Shown piece by piece: positions 25,720-37,499 of a stretch of 64,000 nt of DNA. How positions within the stretch are numbered: position 1 is the stretch's first letter; every line of letters begins with the position of its first letter. The notes below the pieces were generated by a model. It worked only from the letters and a program-made list of their open reading frames with translations, searched no databases and had not been told where the DNA came from. The DNA comes from Octopus sinensis (Eukaryota): contig NC_043001.1 in the NCBI RefSeq assembly GCF_006345805.1, positions 104,842,001-104,906,000 of the forward strand, in the 5' to 3' direction. A program made the position numbers and the translations under genes.

Positions 25720-26045
25720 GGTAGAAAATGTAACTGAATTCAGAAAGTAGCGACGGGCGAAATACCGCATTTCGTCCAGCGTGCTAACGATTCTTATTTC
25801 TTTACTGCCCATAAGGGGCTACACATAGAGGGGACAAACAAGGACAGACAAACGGATTAAGTAGATTACATTGACTCCAGTGTATAACTGGTACTTATTT
25901 CATCGACCCCGAAAGGATGAAAGGCAAAGTCGACCTCGGCGGAATTTGAACTCAGAACGTAGCGGCAGACGAAATACCGCTAAGCATTTCGCCTGGCATG
26001 CTAACGATTCTGCCAGTTTGCCGCCCTAATAATAACAACGATCAC

Positions 26046-26081
<36 letters not shown>

Positions 26082-26417
26082 CCTTTCTACTATAGGCACA
26101 AGCCCTGAAATTTGGAGGGAAGGGGCCAGTCGATTGGTACTTAATTTATCGACTCCGAAAGGATGAAAGGCAAAGTCAACCTAATAATAACAATGATAAT
26201 GGATTCACATTTTAGCACAAGAATAGCGATTACGGGAGAGGGGTAAGTCGATTAGATCGACCCCAGTGTTCAACTGGTACTTATTTTTCTCGACCGCAAA
26301 AGGATAAAAAGCAAAGCTTGATGTCGGGGAATTTGAACTCCGAAAGTAAAAAGCCGGAAGATATTCTGCTAAGCATTTTCGCCTGTGCGTTAACCGTTCT
26401 GCCAACTTACCGCCTTA
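25720..26417 (-). mobile_element. Cluster of four SINE family A copies and fragments
   Basis: Head fragment about 25720-25795, full copy 25796-26026, fragment about 26080-26185, full copy about 26210-26417, separated by (AAT)n. Confidence 0.85.
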
Positions 26418-26831
26418 AAACCGATCCTAATAATAATAATAATCATATGCTTGGTCCGATAAATATTTGTGGAAATACAAAACCATAAAAGAAGCTGTTC
26501 TATATCTCGCTAAGGATTCAATTCGAAAGGCTTACTGTGAAAGGTCTGTGGTACTTTAGCAGACAGTCAGGCAAACTGGCAAACCATCAAATAACACGTA
26601 ATTAACTTAAGATTATTTTCCATGACAACAACGACAGTAGTGTATGTGTGTGTAGTTATACATCTATGTTTAAGGCGGTGTTTTGCGCAACAAAACTGGT
26701 GTAACAAGTGAACTCATAGCAATTAACGTCGGAAATACAATATATATACGTTTATGAATAAAAAAAAATGACCATTCTGGAATATAACAATACTATTCGT
26801 ATGTATATCCCCACACACACATACACACAGA

Positions 26832-26975
26832 AGTGTGGTTGTATGCTAAGGAGTTTGCTTTCTAACTACATGGTTCCAGGTTCAATCCCTTTGCGTGGCA
26901 CTTTGGGCAAGTGTCTTCTAATATAGCCTCGAGCTGACCAAAGCCTTGTCAGTGGATTTGATTGATGGAATGGAA
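26832..26975 (+). mobile_element. SINE family B, 5' half
   Basis: ggttccaggttcaatcc...gtggcactttgggcaagtgtcttcta...gaccaaagccttgtcagtggatttg. Confidence 0.8.
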
Positions 26976-28222
26976 TCCGAAAGATTGAAGCACAGATATC
27001 AGTTCATTACGGTCGTTTAACAACTGAATAAGTGCCAAGCTTTAAAACAATATACAGCAATCCCCCCCCCACAGCGATAGGTGAAAACTGGCGAAGTAGA
27101 AACAGTACTGCATAATTTTTTAAAATTATTTTTTATAATTTGTAATATTTATTTTATTATAAATGCAAAACACCAACACAGAGTAATCGACGTAAGCTTA
27201 AATAATAAACCGCGATATGTGAACCGTGATAGGTGAACCGCGATATGGCGAGGGATTACTACAAGTACTGGGGGCGATTCGTTCGACTAAAAATTTTTCA
27301 AGGCTATGCTCTAGCATGGCCACAGTTCAATGACTGAAACAAGTAAAAGAATAAAAGAATGAACTGTAAGAAACAAATATTTTTTTACAATTTGTTGGAT
27401 GCCATTTTGTTTTTTGGTAGAGTTGGATGTTGAGCTCTTCTGGTGATATTGCCTATCGACAGAAGAGTATGATGACCCGTTAAAAAAATTACTCAATCAT
27501 AATTGCTGTGTTATGCGATGTGGTTAGGAGCTGGTGTCTTTTGCAGATGACAGGTCCTCGGCGAATGTTGTCCAATTTGCGTCAAATTTTTATGTAATGC
27601 ATGCCGTTCATTCGGCGAAAAAAAGCAATTTTACTAAATTTAATAATGACAGTTGGAAACAATTATCAAGAAATGACTGAAATCCGATTGCAAAGAAAAT
27701 GAAGTTGTCATTGAAACTCGAAGATAGGAATTAATTTTCGTAATGTAGAATCCAGCATTGTTGTACAGTCGACAAGTGCGGAAGACGGCTCTCGCTATTG
27801 TTGCGATTGGCACATCTGAGACGTCAGCAGAATAATAATAAGAAAAGCTTGAGAAAGAGAAAAAAAATGTCAAGTCCAGGTGGTTACTAAAATATGATTT
27901 ATAAACTGAAAATGAATATTCTGTTTTGATGTACACACAATAATTATGAATATACTTTTGGTTGCAAAGATGGTACCGTAACCATTCTATTCTGGCCACT
28001 GGAGTACTTGTATACGGCAAGTCAGCCCCTTATGACGGCTTCCTTATTTTGTTGCTGTCACAGATGTGTTAATAACTTTCAGTTGCTTAAATTTGGCAAC
28101 GAACTCTGTAATGTAAATGGTTTTGGTTTGTAAAATAAAGAATAGTACATTTGAATAATAAAATAAAAGATACAGAAAAACACTGAAAAATAATTCCAGA
28201 GTTTTGGGATTAAGAGTAAAAC

Positions 28223-29007
28223 AGGCGCAAGGGTGGTTATGTGCTAAGGAGTTTGCTTCACAACCATATGGTCCCGAGTTCAGTTTCACTGCGTAGCACT
28301 TTGGACAAGTGCCTTCTACTATAACCTCGGGCCGACCAAAGCTTTAGGAGTGGATTTGGTAGGCGGAAACTGAAAGAAGCCCGTCACATACATACATACA
28401 TACATACATACATACTACATACATACATACATACATGCACACACATGCATACATGCATAGATACATACAAACGTAACATATGCAGTACCAGGCAGTGACT
28501 CTCGTGGCTTCTGGTCTTAAGTGATTGGAAGTGTTATCATGTACATTGCTTTGTCTTGCTATAAAAGATGGGCTACAGCAAATATTCTGCTCAATACCAC
28601 AGATTTGCCTGTCAGTTGTTTGACCGTAATCAGTTGGGCATGTTCCTTAGTGGTTGACGATATGTGCATCTCTGATCACGAGCAGAAGTAGTGGGAGAGC
28701 ATCATAGCCATGTGTTTAGAGGAAGTCTTTGGGGTTTGGATAATTCACTTCTGGAAACATCGGAGTTTCGTTCAACATCCTTAAACAACCTTTATTCAGG
28801 GACCTTTTGAGCGTGATGGGCTAATCGGCCTAAAGAAAATTCTAACTGGGCTCCACCTGCAAGGTCATGCGCTGTTTATCATGATATGAAATCACTATGT
28901 CGCGCACATATGGTTGTGATGCATGTGCATGATGTACCCTTATCAGACGGGTAGTCATGATGGGTATACTGGGCTTCGTATATTTTTACCCCAGTGTCAC
29001 TTTGATG
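28223..29007 (+). mobile_element. Long composite SINE: family B head/core, (CATA)n, and a different tail of about 510 bp
   Basis: Head ggcgcaagggtggttatgtgctaagg, core gcactttggacaagtgcc, then (CATA)n at about 28388-28450 and a tail ending gatggcatgcactactctc. That the tail belongs to this element is inferred. Confidence 0.65.
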
Positions 29008-29062
29008 GCATGCACTACTCTCTCTCTCTTACACACACACACATATATATGTATATATATGA

Positions 29063-29240
29063 TGTGTGATAAGTTTATGGAAAGAAGTCCCATGAAACTC
29101 ATCAATTTAGTTAAGAACGAAGACAAATATATAAGAGAATGTTCTTAGATATTCTCTTATAAACTTTAACAACTTGTCTTCTCCATTTTAAACTAAATTG
29201 ATGAATTTTATTGGACTTCTTTCCATAAATTCACCACACA
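29063..29240. repeat. About 178-bp imperfect palindrome flanked by TA/CA repeats
   Basis: tttatggaaagaagtcc...tcatcaatttagtt...gaagacaa...ataagagaat mirrored after a 10-nt loop (29141-29150). Confidence 0.8.
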
Positions 29241-29489
29241 TATTATACAAGTGTCACTTTCATATCTTTGCAAATTTACACCTGTAAACTACCAGCAAAA
29301 TATGAAGAATCGACATGAGAAATCTCTTTTTGGAAACCTCCAAAGTAAAGGACGAATCTACATTCAACCTTTTTACACCTATATATATATATATATGTAT
29401 CTTCGTATATATATATATATGTATATACACACATGTATGTATAGACATAGATGCATATAAATATATATATAGATGTGTGTGTGTGTGTG

Positions 29490-29680
29490 TCTTTGTGTCT
29501 GTGTTTGTATCCCGACGTCGCTTGACAACTGGTGTTGCTTTGTTTTCATTCCCGTAATATAACGCGGTTCGGCAAAATTGACGGATAGAATACGTCCTGG
29601 GTCGGTTCTTTCGGCTATTTTTTTTTACTTCAAGGCGCTACCCCAACATGGCCGCTGTCTAATGACCGAAACAAGTAAAA
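29490..29680 (+). mobile_element. SINE family B, 3' half
   Basis: Follows (GT)n; cttgacaactggtg...gcggttcggcaaaa...caacatggccgctgtctaatgaccgaaacaagtaaaa. Confidence 0.75.
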
Positions 29681-30593
29681 AATGGAAGAAAAAAATAAAT
29701 TGCATTACTTTTTGATTTACCTGTGTAACGCTGAGTTGGAACACTTTTAAATATGTTTTCCATGATGTGAAAAATTCTTTATTTAAGAAAGAAAACTCTG
29801 TATAAATAATACGAAAAATAAAATTTGGTGGATGAAAAGAAGACAAAAAATAATCAAATCAATCACAATTTTGCTGCCCACACTTATAAAACCTATGATG
29901 TAACGCTTCTGTTTACATTTCACAGTGACGCTAAAATGGATGTTTATGAACAAAAAAATTATATCACAGCTTTCAAAGTATTTGACTCAGCCAACCATAG
30001 ACAAATAAGAGACGGACAATGCCATCCCTGACGAAAGTTCAGAAATTCCTCAACACATTTCGTTACTAAACGATGAATATACGTCAGTGTAATTAAAAAT
30101 GAAAACAGTATTCTGTATATTTTTATAGACATAAAAATATTAACAAGTAAATTTCTCTAGTATTTAAATTCCACACCGTGACGTTGTGTTCCAGGTGATC
30201 TATAATGCATCTCTTTCTATAAATGCGTGGATGTGAATTTCCTGGAAACTTTGTCTGTAAATTCTACTTTGTTAAAATAATTCTAACGGCAACAAATATA
30301 ATTTTTTATTATAATTTCTTCCCATTTTTCAGCCACAGTAGATCTATTGTCATAATTTCTAGTGGCTTCTTACTCACCGGCCTACAAACGCAAGTAGATG
30401 CACACATACTCACGCGTATATATTGACATGTATAAATGCTAGATGCATACAAATGCGTTTGTGGATGTCGAGGCGTCTGTGAGTATGGCGTTGTAATTAT
30501 ACAACGAAACTATTTCCAGTGGATTTATGGGGCACATACTACTCACTTACCTACCTCTACATCTATAAAATATAATATATATATATATATATA

Positions 30594-30819
30594 CAGGGTG
30601 GTCCAAAAGTAGGTCTACTATCTCTTTCGCATTTATATGTTATCAGTTAAGATCTTAATTATATAACAAAACATGAAACCATTATTTTATGCTAATTTAG
30701 TTAATTTTGTCAAGCTCCCTTTTCATTTTGTAAGAGAGACTTTTAAATATTATAAAATGTTTTAAAAGAAATTTAAAGTGCCTACGTGATAACTGTGAAC
30801 CTAGTTTTGGGCGACCCTG
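30594..30819. mobile_element. Tc1/mariner-type MITE, 226 bp
   Basis: TIRs cagggtggtccaaaagtagg / cctagttttgggcgaccctg with TA on both sides. Confidence 0.8.
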
Positions 30820-31000
30820 TATAAAGCAAAGTTTGTTTGTACGTTGACCGTTGAAAACACTAATTAAAATTGATAATATATCAGGGTTTTCGGGTAATTT
30901 AAATTAATTCGACCATTCCACAGAAAACTGTGCACTTATTTTCCGAAAACGGATTGTGGAAGTGGGGCGAGTTGGTGGTGTATTTGGTGGCTCCTATTTC

Positions 31001-31039
<39 letters not shown>

Positions 31040-31041
<2 letters not shown>

Positions 31042-31253
31042 GTTTCTACTCTAGGCACAAGGCCCGACAGTTTTGGGGAGGGGCCCAGTCGATTATATCG
31101 ACCCCCACTGCGTAACTGGTCCTTATTTAATCGACCCCGAAAGGATGAACGGCAAAGTCGACTTCGGCGGAATTTGAACTCAGAACGTAATGGCAGACGA
31201 AATACGGCTACGCATTTCACCCGGCGTGCTAACGATTCTGTCTGCTCGCCGCC
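31040..31253 (-). mobile_element. SINE family A, full length, beta tail
   Basis: Reverse complement of head, core and cccctccccaaaactgtcgggccttgtgcctagagtagaaa. Confidence 0.88.
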
Positions 31254-31261
31254 TCTCTCTC

Positions 31262-31303
<42 letters not shown>

Positions 31304-31426
31304 CACACACTTATATTAATGTTTGTTTTAATGTTCAGTTATAACAAATCAATTTTATTTTTAATCTGATGACTTACTCTATACTTTTGTAGAGCACAAA
31401 TTTCTTCTTAAACAAGAATGTTGTTG

Positions 31427-31471
31427 ACAGTGACTTCGAAGTTTCGGTCAGCTAAGCCATCGTCGGATGTT
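31427..31471 (-). ncRNA. Degenerate minimal hammerhead motif (U4C)
   Basis: Minus strand reads acat-CCGACGA-t-ggct(tagct)gacc-GAAA-cttcgaag-TC-actgt; 10-nt palindromic stem III acttcgaagt; stems I and II imperfect. Confidence 0.5.
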
Positions 31472-31534
31472 ATATATAAAAACAACTTAATTTATTTACT
31501 AACACACACACACACATACATGTGTGTGTGTGAG

Positions 31535-31726
31535 TTTGTTGCCCACAACCACTTGGCAACCGATGTTGGTGTGTTTACATCCACGTAAATTAGTAGGTCG
31601 GCAAAGGAAACCGATAGAATAAGTACCAGGCTTTAAAAATTAGTACTGGGTTCATTCGACTAGAAGCTCTTCAAGGCGGTGCTCCAGAATAGCCGCAGTC
31701 TAATGACTAAAGCAAGCAAAAGAGAA
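31535..31726 (+). mobile_element. SINE family B, 3' half
   Basis: cttggcaaccgatgttggtgtgtttac...caaggcggtgctccagaatagccgcagtctaatgact. Confidence 0.8.
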
Positions 31727-31976
31727 GATAACAAATAAATGTTTCCCACGTAGATTGAAGTGCTCTGTTGAGAAGTCCGCTGTATAAGTCTACCTGTGAA
31801 TACTTCACTCCAGTCGGTTACAAGTACAGGATTGGCTCAACGTGTGCTGGGGGAAACTTTCACAAAATAGATTCTCGTGTTTTAATACATTTGAAATGAA
31901 AACAAATATCTGTAACTTATAGTTAATTAAAAATCATCAAGGCTGCTAGGTTTCTGTATGACGGTTTTCCAATAGA

Positions 31977-32637
31977 AGGCGGCGAGCTGGCAGAATCGTT
32001 AGCACGCTGGACGAAATGCTTAGCGATATTTCGTCTGCCGCTACGTTCTGAGTTCAAATTCCGCCAAGGTCGACTTTGCCTTTCATCCTTTCAGGGTCGA
32101 TTATGCTTATATACACAAACACATAAGTACCACAATTCAATGATGATGTCATAGTTCTCTTGAAACACATCCTTCTCTTTTTAATCTATTATCATATTAC
32201 AAATATTTATTTCGGAGGCCAAACTGTATAAACGTTAAAGCTGATCCTAACACAAACAGAATCTAAACGCAAAATCTTATCTAATGCAGAAATTTACCCT
32301 TTACATCATTTCAACAGATAAGATCTACGTCTGTTATTTTTGGGGACTTCTCTCCTCTTTTGGTCAGTGCCTTCTTTCCTCTGTCAATAATGTTGCACTA
32401 TTTGTAAGGCTGCGAGCGGCAGAATCGTAGCATTCCGGGCGAAATGCTTAGCGTATTTCGTCTGCTGTTACATTCTGAGTTCAAATTCCGCCGAGGTCGA
32501 CTTTGCCTTTCATCCTTTCGGGATCGATTAAATAAGTACCAGTTACGCCCTGGGGGTCGATATAATCTGCTTAATCCGTTTGTCTGTCCTTGTTTGTCCT
32601 CTCTGTGTTTTAGCTCCTTGTGGGTAGTAAAGAAATA
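31977..32637 (+). mobile_element. Two SINE family A copies (31977-32101 3'-truncated; 32406-32637 full, alpha tail)
   Basis: Both show the head ggcggcgagctggcagaatcgttagc or a variant, plus the core. Confidence 0.88.
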
Positions 32638-33211
32638 AGTTTTCCATTAGAAGTGCTCGTGTTGTACCGCTAAGTGTTTACTTCTCCAAGAGTCATTTAA
32701 TAACAATCCTAATGACCGGCGGAGCAAAGCTGTGAAGCACTTCATTAATTAACGCATTCTTGATTATTAAAAGTTTGGCTAATTTATTTCGAAACACTGC
32801 CAAAGCACTTGTAATTATCTGTCGAAATTGTCCCCATCTGTGCTTTGCAGGCGTAGCATGGATACTAATGTCATCGCTTAGCTATCGGTTATTTTATAGG
32901 AATTAACACAATGTCAACTGTAATTTAGTCATTCATTTGAGAGGAATTCACTAATTCGGTTACGTTATGAATGATAATATAGCATGATGTGACTAGAAAT
33001 ATTGGTACGAAGTACATTGAAGCCATTTTCTTTAATTTGTAAATTTATCTTTCTTTACAAGGCTTGCTAGTACCACAGTGGAATTATTTACACCACTTGG
33101 TATGTCTCATATTTATTTGAGTACTTATGGTAACATATATATACTGAATACATTTATTACAGAAATATAATCTAATAATGATATAACATAATACAATACA
33201 ATATCACGGCA

Positions 33212-33598
33212 TAAGTCGCCGATCTGGCAGAATCATTAGCACTCCGGGCAAAATGCTTAGCGGTATTTTGTCCGCTGCTGCGTTCTGAGTTCAAGTTCCA
33301 TCGAGGTCGACTTTGCCTTTCATCCATTCGGGGTCGATAAATTAAGTACCAGTTACGCACTGGGGTCGATATAATCGACTTAATCCGTTTGTCTCCTCTG
33401 TGTTTAGCCCCTTGTGGGTGGTAAAGAACTAGGAATTTCGTCCGTCTTCACGTTCAGAGTTCAAATTCCGTCGAGGTCGACTTTCCCTTTTATCTTCTCA
33501 GGGTCGATAAAATAAACACCAGTTGAACACTGGGGCCGATTTAATCGACTTAGCCCCGCCCCAAAGCTGCTGGCCTTGAGCTAAAGTTTGAAACCAAT
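33212..33598 (+). mobile_element. Dimeric SINE family A (alpha-tail unit followed by 5'-truncated beta-tail unit)
   Basis: Junction ...gtaaagaactagg|aatttcgtccg... at about 33432; same architecture on minus at 38945-39344. Confidence 0.85.
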
Positions 33599-33679
33599 AA
33601 AACACCACGGTATCGACCAGACTATCAGACGCTGTTATACATTGCTGGTCATAATGTACTTTGCAGTGTTTTAGCTTTC

Positions 33680-33872
33680 GAATGATGTGACCTGGGTGGC
33701 TAAGGCAGGAAGCCCTGGTCGGATGGAGAGTCCCGTTTACAGCTGAATGGATTGGAGCTACGTGAATTGAAGTTCGGCTCAGGAGCACAACGCGACGCTC
33801 GGTCCGGGAAAAGAACCCACAGTCTAGCAATCCTGAGTGTAACTTCTTAACCACTAGACCATGTGCATTCGC
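33680..33872 (-). mobile_element. Diverged family C-like SINE
   Basis: Minus-strand head catggtctagtggttaagaag, then cgttgtgctcctgagcc and ccaatccattcagctgtaaa. Confidence 0.6.
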
Positions 33873-34501
33873 ATAACATAATATGATATGTGATATAATT
33901 AATATAATATAATATAATACAATATATTATAATACAATGTAATGTAATCTAACCTATATTTATAGATGTGAATTTCTGTGAATGTTCGCTTGACTTTCTG
34001 GTTCCCAGACTCAGCGAGATTAACAATTTTATCTAATGGAAATAATGAGAAAAAAATAGAAGAAAAATATATAGAAATATTTAGAAATATATGTATATTC
34101 TTCACTGTTAATTCCTCAGCAAATACTTAAGAGTAGAAAAGATTTTCTTCCCTTATGTAGTCGTCTCCAGTGCAATGACGTATTTGTACGACTCTGGTTG
34201 AATTTCTAATATCATCCACAGAAACAGGTGAAAACATGCCATGACAAAATAGAAGGAAACGATACGGATCCGAAATCATTTCAACTGATAATACAACATG
34301 AAAATGCCGCTAGAAATTCCATTTTTGCACCCGAGAAGGACGTGCTTTTGTTCGTAGAGAAAACATTAATTGTATCTACGTGAAAAGATTTTACGCAAAG
34401 CAAATCTACACTGGAATCAATTTTAGACATTTCATTATTAAGTTTTATTTTTGGTTATGATTAAATTTCTTCCTGTCTGTCTCTTCTTCTCCTCTACCTA
34501 C

Positions 34502-34694
<193 letters not shown>

Positions 34695-36384
34695 AGTGTC
34701 TTTAATTCCTGTCTTTCTCTCACTTCACTTTTCAATCTCTCTCATTTCAAAGTCATTTTCCATTTTATCACCTCATTATGCAATGCCAATTAAAGCCAGT
34801 ATCTTTTTTTTTTCATTATTTCACAGCATATATATTTTAACTGTGCTACTTCAAACGGAAACCGACGAATTTTACTTCTGCTCTAAGTTATAATCGGACA
34901 CAGAAAACCGTTTACTGCAAAGTATTAACGTACAACACATAGTTTGGCTAGACAAGCACTTTAACAACTCAACGTCTCAGAAGTGTTTGTACTGAAGAAT
35001 GTCTATTTGAAGAATTTACTTTTGACGCTTCCAGCAGAATTCTTCTTCGGAGACTTATGATGGAACACACTTCCAAAGCACTTCTCTTACTCGTTTCCCG
35101 AAGATGTGCCCCGGGCAAACTCATTAATCCTCACGGCAGACGAATTTCTCTCATTTTATGAATTTTATTAACTTCTTTTATTTTTGGTGATGTGTTTCCT
35201 TAAGATTCTGAACTTTTATTTCTTTATCATTTATTTAGGATTATTTTTACGATAAACCAAATGGTCTGGGATGGGATTTGGGGGCAATGATTAAGAACAG
35301 AAATAACATTTTCAAATGGATAAAAATAACATCGTGTTTTGTTCTTTCGTAAGTTTATCTCGTTACTTGAGGGCACTTAAAAACCACAGTGACAAAATAT
35401 ATGTTGTGTAAGGAGAAAATGTTTTAATTAATGGCTGTTGCTATAATTTAATAATAACTGATGGGATAATGTTGCCGAGATGGCGGTGTCGGCGTCAGCA
35501 GCGTCGGGGTGGTGGTGGTTATTATTGTGTTGAGAGATGGTCATAGTGTTATATGGAAATGTAATAAGGAAATATAACAAGCGAAGGAAATATGAATATT
35601 TGAAAGGTTGAGGTTAGGAACGAGATCAAAGTTCAACCAACGAAATAATGTGGAACATAAAGTGTATTATAAATGGTGAGAAAAAAAATGATGTTGAAAA
35701 TATAAAAAACTGCAACAGGGGGAGATTACGTGACGTGGGAGGGCATAGGAGAAAGACAAATGGAAATACTAGCTTTCTCTCTTTCTCTCTGTCTCTGTGC
35801 CTCTCTATATGTATATATATATGTCTGCGTGTGTGAGTATATATGTATGTATTTAAGTGAGTGAATGTGTGTGTGCGTGTGTGTAGATAGAGTGATAGGT
35901 AGACAGGCAGACAGGTAGAGATAGAGAGAAATAATAGAATGACTAGCCACGTATTTGTTTTTCTTGATTGAACTCTCACTTTCTGTCACGCTATCGGAAT
36001 GTGGAAAGAGAAAGCAGTGGCTGTGCTGTTGCATGTGAAAGAAGGAGAGAGTATTGAGAAATAGAGAGGTGAGACAGTGAGACGGTCGAATGGTGAGAAA
36101 AATACCCAGCAACAAATAAGGCAAACATATTGTAAGGCGAACAAGATATTAAAGTGAAGTGGAATAGATTGTGGGAGAAAGCCTGCGTAAAAGGAGTTGG
36201 AAAGAATATGGGTAGAATCATATAGCAGAGGAGGGTGGAATTAAAGAGGTAACATGATAAAATTGCTGAAGTTTTTAAACTAAGTGAATTTGAGAGCAAG
36301 ATAGATAAATGGATAGAGAAATAGATGCAAAGATACATACATCGATGGATAAGTAGCCAGCCAGCCAGATAGATAAATAGGGTG

Positions 36385-36727
36385 AAGGGTGACCCCCTTC
36401 GGTCATGAATGACCATGGGATTGCATGTAGAAAGTTACCATACGAGGTACAAGTCCGAGCAAGGTTGTTTTATAAAAGGCCAGTAGTCACCTATGCATAC
36501 CAGCTTCACCTCTCCACGCCACCGATGTTATCAAGGGAAAGGTAAAAGGGTCGATACAGTTTGGCACCAGTGACGTCACAACTCATTTCTACAGCTGAGT
36601 GAATTTGAGCAACGTGAAATAAAGTGTCTTGCTTAAGAACACAACACGCAGCCCGGGCCAGGAATCGAGCTCACAACCTCACGATCATAAGCTCGATGCT
36701 CTAAACATTGAGCCATACACTTTCACA
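36385..36727 (-). mobile_element. SINE with family C head/core and a distinct tail
   Basis: Minus strand gtatggctcaatgtttagagc...gtgttgtgttcttaagcaagacactttatttcacg...cccatggtcattcatgaccgaaggggg. Confidence 0.75.
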
Positions 36728-36797
36728 TGATAGATAGATAGATAGAGAGGGATTAGATAGAAAATAATGAGTGTATGTTATATTTAGGGTGAGGAGG

Positions 36798-37003
36798 AAG
36801 GCAGCGAGCTGGCAGAATCGTTAGCACGCCGGGCGAAATGCTTAGCAATATTTCGTCTGCCGCTACGTTCTGAGTTCGAATTTCGCCGAGGTTGACTTTA
36901 CCTTTCATCTTTTCGGACTCGATAAATTAAGTACTAGTTACGCACTGGGGTCGATGTAATCGACTTAATCCCTCCCTTCCAAAATTTGGGCCTTTGAGGA
37001 AGT
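36798..37003 (+). mobile_element. SINE family A, full length
   Basis: gcagcgagctggcagaatcgttagcacgccgggcgaaatgc...cactggggtcgatgtaatcgact. Confidence 0.88.
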
Positions 37004-37456
37004 AAAGACACACCGTTTGCCAACAAACGATATATATTCTCTGTGACAAAACGCAGTGAGTAGCTTGCCCCCTGTTCGAACATGCATCTAGTATATTCGG
37101 ACTGATAATAACATTGCAATTTTACTGATCACTGCTTAGCGCTCCCTCCCTAAACGACATTGAATATCTAAATTCTTAACTGTTGTTAGTATCAACAAAG
37201 CGAAAGTTTATATTAAAGCTACAATAATGAAGAACCACTTGTTTATCGTGTCTCTCATAACATACACATTAACAACACAAACAACACAAACAACACAAAC
37301 ATTAAGTACTTAAAAATCTACTTGTTTCGATGTTAATGTTAAACAGTTTTAGCACGTTAACTAATTGAGGTTTCCGGTGACCTCATTCTTCAGAACAATT
37401 TCTAATTCCGGTTTGACATCCACAGATAGTTTCGACGCCTGCTGGGTTTCGGCTAC

Positions 37457-37499
37457 TCCACATTGATAAGGGGCAAATACCCCGAAACTAGTCTGTGGA
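37457..37499 (+). ncRNA. Minimal type I hammerhead motif with compensatory U3-A8 core
   Basis: tccaca-TTGATAA-gggg(caaata)cccc-GAAA-ctag-TC-tgtgga. Perfect 6-bp stem I, 4-bp stem II, palindromic actagt, GUC triplet. Confidence 0.72.

Noticed and set aside
27640-28020. 126-aa ORF and nearby splice-like sites
   Set aside because: No recognisable domain in any frame, and the ORF overlaps low-complexity tracts.
30027-30050. CTGACGA...GAAA hammerhead-like string
   Set aside because: No stem II pairing, no palindromic stem III and no stem I.
37360-37395. Minus-strand CTGAAGA...GAAA
   Set aside because: Pairing crosses the GAAA (tgagg/cctca) instead of forming stems II and III.
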